A stretch of 64,000 nucleotides of DNA from Takakia lepidozioides (taxonomy: Eukaryota > Plantae > Bryophyta). The notes beneath the pieces were generated by a model, which saw only the letters and a list, made by a program, of their open reading frames with translations, was not told where the DNA came from and made no database searches. The number at the start of each line of letters is the position of its first letter. Position 1 is the stretch's first letter. Shown here one piece after another: positions 39,891 to 49,925 of this stretch. The stretch is taken from positions 15,190,001 to 15,254,000 of the forward strand of contig CM060733.1 in assembly GCA_030704615.1 (NCBI GenBank). Direction: 5' to 3'. Both the position numbers and the translations under genes were made by a program.

Positions 39891-40626
39891 AGTGAGCTGT
39901 GTGGGCCTGTGCTGGTCTGTGGTGGCCCGTGTTGACCTGTGGACGGCCTGTGCTGACTCGTGGAGGCATTGGTGGACTGCCTAAGGACTGGCATGTGGTC
40001 TGGAAGGCCGAATTTTGAAGCTCGTGGAGGGCGGTTTGAGGAGTATCTTCATGATATTCCCATGGTCATGCAAGTGAGGGTAGAGAGGAGAGGCAGAGTG
40101 TTGGGATGAGAGCATGCTGGGGTTAGGCATTGCTTTAGCTTCTCTTCCTCGTAGTTTCCACCCTCTCATTAGGCCAAGACCTTTCCGTAGGTGGAGGCAA
40201 GAGTCAGTCCGGGTTTGGGCTGGGGTGTCCTTGTAGGAGCAACACCGTGGAGTTGTTTTTGGTGTGGGGGAGTTGTCGATCTGATTTCTTGTGTTTGGAT
40301 CCCCTCCATACCTGCATGCTTGACTGTGCGCCATGCTAGTTTTGTGTGGGCGCTTGTTTTTATAGGTGATTGGTCCGGATTTGATCACCGGCCAGTCCTA
40401 GAGCATGCTGTCGATGGTGAGGCTGGGGTGATGACCAGCCAGACCATCATTGTTTCTCCTGTGGTGAGGTTGGAGGTGATGACCAGCCAACCATAGGAGT
40501 GCTTGCGGTGGATACAGGTACAAGTGTAGGCTATGTTAGGAACTTAGTATTCCAAACCATAAGCCGCAACAGGTTCTCTACCCGGTTACCTTGTGGAGAG
40601 GGGGTTAGGGACATGTTCATGACCGG

Positions 40627-43600
40627 TTGAGTGTCAACACGGAGGTGCCACTAGTTGCTGGGGACAGTGCCGGTTCGAGCACTAGCGATACTAGTGGGTA
40701 CACGAGACGAGGTGTGCGGTTTAGGCCACCTTCACCTCCTGTGTCTTCCACGGAAGGTTCTGATTCGGATTGTGAATCAGGAGGGCTCATACCGGCGGTG
40801 CAAGTCGTTTCTTTGCCATTGTTGTGGGACACAATGGAGGAGATGTATGGAGCTACCAAGGGGCCACGAAGGTACTCTGGGGCGGTGGGCACCATCGAGT
40901 TGGATGATTTTATCCAAGAGTTTGATAGTTGGTGTGATTTGCAGCAAATGCGCAATCCACAACTATTTACGCCTTTCATGGCATGGAAGGGGCTGTTTCA
41001 GCACCTTGAGGGGCCGCCTATGGATGATTACCATGAGTTCAGGCGGGGGCATGAGGTCGAGATCGAGGAGTGGAGGATGTACTGGTCACCCGACTATGTC
41101 TCCATCACTAGGGGCACTAGAGCCACGAGGGCAGTGGCTACACCTGCCGCTGCACCGGCAGCTTCAGCAAGCAGCAGTGGGACTGGTGGTACAGTAGCTA
41201 CGACGCCCACCCAAGCCACCACCGCACCAGCACTAGCACCCGTGCCTGCCTTCAACCCTGTTGTGGAGTTCTTCAAAGAGTTGAGAGGGAACTACCAAGG
41301 GGTGAGGACAGAGAAGTTGCGGAGCTTGCAAGAGTTCCAACGGAAGCCGACCGAGAGCTTGAGGGAGGCTTTCACTCGCATGAGGCGCTTGATAAATGTA
41401 ACCCAAGGGGTTACGGAAGCTCAGGCAGTCCAATTCTGGTATGGGATATTGGACAAGGAGCTGAGGAGAAGGGTGCGGGATGCGACTCTCCTACAAGCGG
41501 CCCAACCCACCTTAGCAAATGTGTTTTTGCTGGCAGAGCGGATAGAGCTCAACATGGTGGAGGAACGAGTGGTCATGGTGGGATTTGCTAAGGAGACACC
41601 ACGGGGTAGTGGTGCTCCTAGCCAACCACTACCTCAACGTACTCAAGGCAACAAGGGGGCTCAGGTGAAGCTCAGGGAAGGGCAGAGAGGACCTCAGATG
41701 CAGGGGTCTCTCCCTTCATTTGCTGGCCAACAACGGGCGGATGTGGTGTGTTGGACATGTGGAGGACCCCATGCCAAGAAGGATTGCCCAGAGGGAGGCA
41801 AAGGGCCGGCACATGCACAGCCTGCACAGTTGCAGTGTGGGCATTGTGGCAAGCACGGGCATGGAGAGGCCCAGTGTTATGGTTTGCATCCTGAGTTGCG
41901 CCCAGGCCAGTTCCAAGGGAACAATGGTGGCCGGGGGCGAGGTGGAGCAGCCCAAAGAGGACGAGGTGGCCAGCCACGAGGTGCACGCCAAGGGCAAGCT
42001 CAACGTGGCCAAGGACGCGGAGGTCAGGGTGTTGACCAAGGCATGGCCAACCGGCTTCAGCAGCTAGAGCAGAGGCTCGCTGCCATGGCTACAGCTCAGG
42101 CGGTACCGGCTCTAAGGCCGGATGGTCCCCCTCCTGCTCCTGAGGGAGGAGATATGGGAGGCATGGGATTCATGTGTGGAGCAGCACTACCACTAGTGCA
42201 GGTAGAGTCTGCTGCAGCCGTGACTCGAGGAGCAGCACGAGTTCCTGAGCCACGAGGTGCAGAGGTGCAGTTGGATCCACAGCGTGGGGAGGCAAGCCGT
42301 CAGGCTAGGCTTCCTCAGTCATTCACATTGGCGGAGACAGTGTCGACGCCATCCATGGCACCTAGTTCTCGCCCGACTGTTACCGAGGCGGAGGTTACTA
42401 TGCCATTGGGGAGAGCTACACGGGTAGCACCACTACCTAGTGTTGCCAAGGCTACGGCAGCTAGTGTGCTGTTAGGAGCGGCCACATCTGTGTGCCAGGC
42501 TCCATTGTTCTCGGCTACCATGATTGCGACGCCGGGGATAAGACCAGCTGAGGTGTTCAGGCTGGCAGCTACACTCTGTGAGAGTGGGGAGGTTACTTCA
42601 TCTTCTGCGGAGATAGTGGGAGGTGTAGTGCCGGAGGGATCCTCGGATTTGAGGGTCAAGACTGCCACGGCGGCGCCATGGCAAGCTGCAGCTGCCAGGT
42701 TGATGGAGCTGCCAGCTAGGCCAGCCATTGAGCGCGCCATGGTGACACCTGGAGTTGTCATGTTAGACAACCAGGATGGCATTTTCTGTTTGAGTGGACC
42801 GGCAGGCAAGAGGTACCGGCCACTGCGAGTCTTGTTGGACTCGGGAGCTCAGCCACTGATGCTGGGCAGAGCTGCTATTGCAGGCTTGGGCCTCACGGAG
42901 GCGGATATGGAGCCTTGTCCTTTCCAGATACAGACGTCTTTGGGAGGATCGGAGCAGGCTCGGGGCATGACACGGCGTGAGTTGGCTATCAGACTACGGC
43001 CGGATCACCCTACAGATGGCTCAGTGATGCGAGCCAAGGCCATTGTGACAGATGTAGTCGCATACGATGTCCTGGTTGGTGGGGCAGTGTTGTACCCCAT
43101 GGGCTTCACCCTGGATTTTTGGGAGGAATCAGCTTCATATAGGTCTGCATGGCAGTCAGGGGAGGGCCGGCGTGTGCAGCTCCCTGTGACGTTCATAGGA
43201 GGAGTTGCGGTTGCCCAGCGAGGCAAGATGCCGACACTAGCAGCATTCACAACGGCAGTGAGTTGGCCTAGAGAGTTGCTTGAGGGCAATGCTCATTCAG
43301 AGGATGTACCACCTCCGGGAGAGCAGGATGACATGTATGGTATGACGGAGTTGCCTACCATGGTTGCTCAGACTCCATTGTGGGGCACGAGCAAGGATTT
43401 GCAGCGGGTTGCTGATCGACGGGTGCAACAAGCCTGGGTGGAGGCTTTTGTACCGTCAGGAGAGGAGGAGAGTGTGGGGATTGCACCAGGACCACCTCAA
43501 TTGTCTCCATTGGACACCACACCTATTGTGTGGCAGTATCCGGATGAAGGCATTTGTCTTCTGGACTTGTTTGGCGGGATCAGCACCGGATTGGCTGCTG

Positions 43601-44798
43601 TGTTACAAGCAGGTGTACGAGTTCGGCGTTACCTGTATGTGGAGAGGGATGAGACTGCACGACGCGTTTCACTTCGCCATGTTGCTCAGTTGGTGCAGCG
43701 GTAGCCTGAGTTGTTGTCGGTGTCTGCAATTCGTGGATATCAACAGGCCTTGCCAGCAGACATTTCGTTGCTGGGGGCGCAGGATTTGGAGCGGGTTGGC
43801 TCCATTGATCTGGTAGTGGCAGGTTGGCCTGCCAAGGGCATTCATCAGCCGGGCATGGCAATGGATTGCGAGACTCGAGGTCGGGTCTGTTTTGGGAGAT
43901 GGTGCGGGTTTTGCGCCACTTGCAGCTTCATCAAGCTGTATCTCCAGCATACATCTTGGAGAATGTGCCACTGATGGGCGATTCTCGGGCCAGGGTGATG
44001 GCCAGTGTGCATCAAGTCCGGTCGTGGCTTGGGTCAGCAGTGTTGCTAGATGCAGCTACAGTGGGGTCACGAGCTCATCGTCCACGGCTATGGTGGACTA
44101 ACTTGATGCCACCCGCACTGCTCAAGCGTGCATTTGATGGGGTGCAGCGGCCAGCGCATCTCACAGTGGATAACATTCTGGACACAGGGAGGCAGTCTCA
44201 ACGTGTGAGACACGATGACCGTTCGCCTTTGGCAGTGGTCAACAAGGTGGGTCAACCACGAGCAGCATTACCTACACTGCTCAGCTTCCCAGGATCGCAT
44301 GCTTTCCGGGATAGTGGACCTGGCCTCCTGTGGGATGCTCAGTTGCAGCAGTTAGTGGAGCCTAATGTTGACGAGCGTGAGCGGGCAATGGGTTTTACCA
44401 CTGGTACCACGGCGGTGTCGTCTCTTTCTGAGGCATCACGTCGTCAAGTGTTGGGGCAAGCAATGGATCTCAATTGCTTGACCTGGATTATCAGCTTGGC
44501 TCTAGCTGAGCAACGCAGAGTGCGGAATACACTTCCCTCAATGGTCTCTCTGCCTACCGAGACGGTACAGGCAGTGAGTGGGGGCGAGCATATGAGGACC
44601 ACGGGGTGCATGCATCCATGGCACACGTGGGAGGTGCTCGAGGTTCAGAGGGAGTTGGCAGCCAAGGCGGCTGTGATGGATGAGGTTGGGGATTCTTCTC
44701 GGGTTGAGGAGGTCCTCAAGGATGAGATGATGGGGCAGGATGAGGCCTTGTCATTGACTGAGCAGGCAGGGAGTACTGCTCAAGAGGTTGCAGCATAG
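40627..44798 (+). CDS. Gag-protease-DNA cytosine methyltransferase polyprotein (one premature TAG at 43702, one 1-bp frameshift at ~43830)
   Basis: Zn knuckles CWTCGGPHAKKDC and CGHCGKHGHGEAQC, RGG tract, protease VLLDSGAQ (~42830). C5-MTase motifs I LDLFGGI (43561), II YVERD, IV DLVVAGWP[C]QG, VI ILENV (~43959), VIII HRPRLWW, IX ERERAMGF and X LGQAM (~44451). Confidence 0.9.
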
Positions 44799-47700
44799 CA
44801 ACCACGGGACGCGTCCTCTACCTCTAAGCCCACTGGACTTAAGGTTGTAGTTACGGAGGACAATTGGGAGCCTGACATTGGACCCATTGTCACCGGAGGA
44901 GAGAGACGACGTATACGGCGATTCCTGAGGGCTTACAAGAATTGCTTTGCCTTCAGTTTGAAGGACTTGGGAGCACTGAAGGGTCAAGAGATCCGTATTG
45001 AGTTGGCCACTGACACGCCAATCTTTCGGAGACCCTATAGATACAGTGACATGGAGAGGTCTTTGATTCAGATGAGGACTCAAGATCTCTGGGAGGCAGG
45101 TTTGGTGGAGCTCTCTGGTGGAGAGTATGCTTCAGCCACAGTGATGCCAGCCAAGAAGGATGTCTATGGCAATTGGACGGAGAGACGTATGTGCGGTGAT
45201 TACCGGCCTGTAAATCGTCAGACCAAGTCCGATAAGTATGCCATGCCAACACCAGAGGAGATCTTTGATGCTATCGGGCATGCTAAGGCCTTTAGCACTT
45301 TGGATTTACGATCCGGATATCACCAGTTGCCAATCAAGGAGGCGGACAAGCAAAGACGGCATTCTGGGGGATCAATGAGCACGGCAAGGATTGCCTATAT
45401 CAGTGGCGGTTCTTACCATTTGGGCTTAAGAATGCTCCTGCAGAGTTTCAGAGAGTCATGGATAGGATTCTAGCAGGGGTGGACTTTGCTCGGTGCTACA
45501 TAGATGACATCATCATCTTTAGTGTTACGATGGAGGAGCATGAGAGATACCTTCAGGTGGTATTGGAGCGCTTGAGAGCGCACAGATTGAAGTTGCATCC
45601 GGGGAAGTGCAAGTTTTTCCACAACCAGATTGAGTATCTGGGTCACATGATATATCCTGGAGGATTGGGGGTACAGCAGACTAAGGTAGAGGCCATTGCA
45701 CAAATTCCACGCCCCATGGATGTGAGCCGAGTTCGAGCTTTCATGGGGTTGGCAAACTATTATAGACGGTTTGTCAAGGGATTTAGTACCATTGCAAAGG
45801 CTCTAACCAAGCTGACCAAGGTGGACCAGGAGTGGCAGTGGGAAGATGAGCAGGAACGAGCTTTTCAAGAGCTCAAGGCGAGGTTGACCTCGGCGCCTAT
45901 CTTGAGACGACCTATCAGGGGGCGTCCCTTTCAGCTGCATACGGATTGGAGCATGCTAGGGCTTGGAGCAGTGCTCACACAGGTGGATGATGAGGGAAGA
46001 GAGTTCGTAGTAGCTTATGCTAGCCGCTCGAACAACGCTGCAGAGGCTAAGTACAGCTCATATGAGGGAGAGTGCTTAGCTGCAGTGTGGGCCGTGGCAC
46101 ACTTCAGGTGCTATCTATACGGCAATCTTTTCACCCTTGTCACGGATCACCAGCCACTCAAGTGGTTGATGGAGTCAGACAAGCTTACGGGGAAGCTTGC
46201 ACGGTGGGCACTTATACTCCAGGAGTATGACTTTCAGGTTGTGCATCGACCGGGTTTGGTCAATCGAGATGCGGATGGATTGAGTCGCAATCCATGCATG
46301 AGCCAGCAGGATGACACTGGAGCTCGGTGGCATGGTGAGACGGACGAGGAGATGGTGCCGGGATGGCACGCATCTGCATTTTTGTGTATCTTGGCATCGG
46401 GAGGTCAGATTGGACCTACAACAGGGATGACTGTAGAGGAGTGTCTGAGGACCCTGAGGCTAGTGATGAGCTAGGTGGTGCCGAGATATACATGAGGATT
46501 CGGCTGTGTTGGATTACCTCCGCACGGGAGACACGGCAGCCATTGTGACTGCCAGGGAGAGGGATCGGATCCTGCAACGAGCCAAGAGGTTCAAGTGGGA
46601 GGGGATACACCTACTTCGAGTGTGGGAGGATGGTCGGGTGAGGATTGTGCCTCACCCCACACAGCGTGCACGGTTAGTGCGGCATGCCCTTGAGGAGGAT
46701 TGGGGCATTTTGGAGTGCGACGCACTCACAGTTTACTGCAGGGGCAGTATTGGTGGCGTGGTATGCATACAGAGGTGCAACAGTTCGTGGCTAGGTGCAT
46801 GGTGTGTGACAGGGTGCGTGCTTCATTCAACGCCCCTACACCACAGTTGCATCCTTTACCAATCATGGGATTGGGCTACAGGTGGAGTCTTGACTTCGCA
46901 GGACCGTTGCCACTGACTATGCGCCACCACAGATATGTGTTGGTGATGGTGGAGCACTTCTCCAAGTGGATTGAGTTGGTTCCATTGCCTGACAAGGCTA
47001 GTGAGGGGGCTGCGTATGCATTCTTGGATCGTGTGCTTAGCCGATTTGGTGCTCCAGCTGAGGTACTCACGGACCAAGGGAGAGAGTTTTTGGGGGAGTT
47101 TCAGGCTTTGTGTGATAAAGCCTTGATAGACCACCGCACCCACTTCTCGGGATCATCCTGAGGCCGATGGCTTAGCAGAGAGAGTTGTTCAGACGGTGAA
47201 GAGGGGTTTGCGCAAGTATGGCTTGCAGAAGGGACACCTAGGAGATTGGGATCTTCAGGTTCCTTGGTTAGCCATGGGCTACAGGTTCAGCAAACAAGCA
47301 TCACTTGCCTCCTTCTCACCATATTTCCTTCTCTTTGGCCGAGAGCCGGATTTGCCTGCAGCCATTCGTAGGGACACTGCTCAAGTCCTTAACCTTGACG
47401 ATCCGGACGTGTGGGTACGTGCATGTGATCAGCGTGCAGAGTTGTTCAAGAAAGTCATGCCCATGGCTTTTGAGAACCTTGCCATTGCACAGCACCGTGA
47501 TACGTTGAGGTATGCCACTATACGTGGTGGAGGATATCGTCCTGGGGTTCGGAGGTTTAGCCCTGGTGACTATGTTTATTTGCAGCAGACTGCTCCTACG
47601 ACTCTGGATGTTACTGCAGGGCGTGTTATTCTGAGGGTTCGAGAGGTGTTGCCCTCAGGGGTCCTGATCTTAGAGGGTCGGGATGGCATGACTTGAAAGA

Positions 47701-47932
47701 CCATGTGCGTAATTGTGCGCCATGTCACCTTCCCAATGTCGATGGCAGAGTTGACCCAAACTTGGCAGTGGTACCTGCAGGTTTGAGGTGCATGCTCTGT
47801 GGGTCTGCCAAAGGGGCAGCCACCATGCTGGTGTGTGATCGGTGCTCAAGGGGTTGGCATATGGGATGCTTGACACCACCTCTTGAGAAGGTTCCTGACG
47901 GAGATTGGTTGTGTCCACACTGCTTGGGATAG
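44799..47932 (+). CDS. Pol: RT-RNaseH-integrase-PHD finger (several 1-bp indels)
   Basis: [67 protein letters not shown]-terminal C4HC3 PHD CMLC...CDRC..GWHMGC...WLCPHC (47789-47923). Confidence 0.92.
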
Positions 47933-48192
47933 TGACAATGGACATGACTGGAGGCAGCTAACAAGACATGGGAGGCCAAGCTCATAGGAGTCAATACATG
48001 AGATCCCAAGCTCAAGTTCACAGGTTGCAAGACGGCGACTAACGATGGGGCAACTCTTGCACCCGGCCTCTTGATCTATCGAGTTTGAGTGTAGTAGGGA
48101 TAGTGGTGGAGGACTTAGTGAGGCTATGGTCACTATCACATCTTGTGGCTACCTGGACTTAGAGGGACCTAAGCACCAGCTAGGGGGGCGAT

Positions 48193-48897
48193 TGTGTGGA
48201 CTAGTGACTGCCATAGTGGGGCGGAGTGGCAGCCTAGTGACTGACTAGTTGTAGCCTAGTGGTTGGACTAGTGGCTGGACTAGTGGTAGACTAGTGGTAT
48301 ACTAGTGTGTGGTGTGCACATGTGTTGTGTGGTTTTGGACAGCGATGTAGTTGTGTAGCGATATGTATGCGCACGACAGCTGTCAAGTTATTTTACCACT
48401 AGTGTGAAACTAGCTAGGAAATAGCTAGCTTTTACATATTGACATTTGGGATTGGCCCAAGTGTCAATCCAGGGGTCAAGGCAGATTTAGGCCCTGGAGT
48501 GGTTATCTTCACGGCAAGCGGGGAGGCTCATCTTTCTCGAGTTGAGCCTCACCGCGCCTAGCTATGGCGCCGTAGTGTGGATTCCCATGGCGTGGGGTGC
48601 ACTTGGCTTGACTTGTATTTGAGTGATGAGGTTATATATGCATGAGTTTATGCTTCAGCTTTGTGAGCTCGCATGAGCTTGTGCTTGTATTCTTCTTCTT
48701 TATCATTGTGTGGACTAGTGACTGCCATAGTGGGCAGCGGAGTGGCAGCCTAGTGACTGACTAGTTGTAGCCTAGTGGTTGGACTAGTGGCTGGACTAGT
48801 GGTAGACTAGTGGTATACTAGTGTGTGGTGTGCACATGTGTTGTGTGGTTTTGGACAGCGATGTAGTTGTGTAGCGATATGTATGCGCGACACGACA
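48193..48897 (+). repeat. Right-end repeat block B1 (48193-48378) - GC - A2 (48381-48705) - T - B2 (48707-48897)
   Basis: B1 and B2 are near-identical and rich in tandem CTAGTGG units; A2 matches A1; B1 starts just after the PPT AGGGGGG. Confidence 0.95.
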
Positions 48898-49925
48898 TAG
48901 ACATGCCTGGAAAGCATTGGTGGAAGGTTTCTTTCACAAACGACATCAAGAATTGGGCGTACTAAGTGGAAGAAGGGCTCAACACTGAAGAATGAGTTGC
49001 TGCAATTGAACCAAGAGTTGCCCGCAATGTTATGGACAACTTGCAGCACTGTACGATGCCCATGTTTATCTTCCTACCCATATCTGGAGTGCAGATGAAA
49101 AAGGATGTGAGGGAGGACGGGATTCCAACAACAAAGTGTTGACCAAGAAAGGTCCCGAAAATTGTGTACTCAACAATTCCTACCATTTAAAGACATTTTG
49201 CTTAGCAGAATCCTAGTAATATTCATTAAAGGGAGTGAGAGAACATTCATAACTGACTAAAGACTGGTGCAGCTATGGCCATCGTGCAACCAAAAGCTTT
49301 CATGAATTGTTTCTGAAGTGGCTTCTGGGTTCTGTTAAGGAAATTGTGAATCAATGGGGCCAAGCTGCAGCACCCGCTACCCACAATGGCCTTGTCACAT
49401 GGATGCCTGTCCACATCAGAAACGGCACCTACACAGCTCCAGAGAGGTGGGAGAGGAAATAGCAAAGATTAGTGGTAGGTGAGCAAAGCTTTTACTACCA
49501 TGGTACATTGCTACTCGGCCTTCTCCATGCTGTCCATGCCTGATGAGTAGAGGCCAGGCCGGCTTTTATGGATTCCAGAGGGAACTAGGTCAATTTCCGG
49601 ACCGTAGTAATCAGTTCTGGCACAGGCACCGATTTCTGCATGGAAGACTAGTCAGGAAATGCCATTTATTTTGATACGGTAATGTCACAATCATTCTATC
49701 CCTTCCATGGAACTCACTGAAGTCTTGCATTATGAGGATCAGAACTAATTGGCAGCTTACTTGCACGAGGCCTTGACCCTTACGCAATCCCCAGAGCAGC
49801 AGTAGCAGTAGCTTTGGGCTGCTTTTTTACTTGTGTTTTTCATTTTGTCCCATAAGCTCTTTGAGCTTTCCGCAGATGTAATAAGTACCATTTTGTTTCA
49901 TTTCATTCATTTTCATTTCATTTTG
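48898..49925 (+). mobile_element. LINE 3' end with a (TTTCA)n tail
   Basis: Ends GAGCTTTCCGCAGATGTAATAAGTACCATTT...(TTTCA)n; related 3' ends occur on the minus strand at ~4364-4415 and ~21986-22026. Confidence 0.5.

Larger units (their letters stand above)
37822..48897 (+). mobile_element. Ty3/gypsy-type retrotransposon carrying a DNMT3-like cytosine methyltransferase and a PHD finger, with split direct repeats (copy 1, full length)
   Basis: Termini TGTC...GACA. Domain order Gag (two Zn knuckles) - PR (LLDSGA) - DNMT - RT (YIDD) - RH (TDWS) - INT (HHCC, DDE) - PHD. PPT at 48182-48188. Repeats A1 ... B1-A2-B2. Confidence 0.93.

Noticed and set aside
39601-39994. Minus-strand ORFs with PVTAPHS/TACHS repeats
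   Set aside because: They are translations of the 10-mer minisatellite.
43702-43704. TAG within the DNMT domain as programmed readthrough
   Set aside because: Context TAG CCT GAG is not CARYYA, it splits the catalytic domain, and no second copy covers it; more likely a mutation or sequencing error.
47694-47700. Stop between integrase and PHD in both copies as a recoding site
   Set aside because: The lesions differ (TGA plus indel versus TAG) and fit independent decay of a TGG codon; a family consensus is needed.
38149-47932. DIRS/Ngaro tyrosine-recombinase element
   Set aside because: RT, RH and HHCC-DDE integrase are gypsy-type, a protease is present, and no tyrosine recombinase motif was seen by eye.
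48193-48378. CRISPR-like array
   Set aside because: Short tandem units without unique spacers, eukaryotic context, no cas genes.
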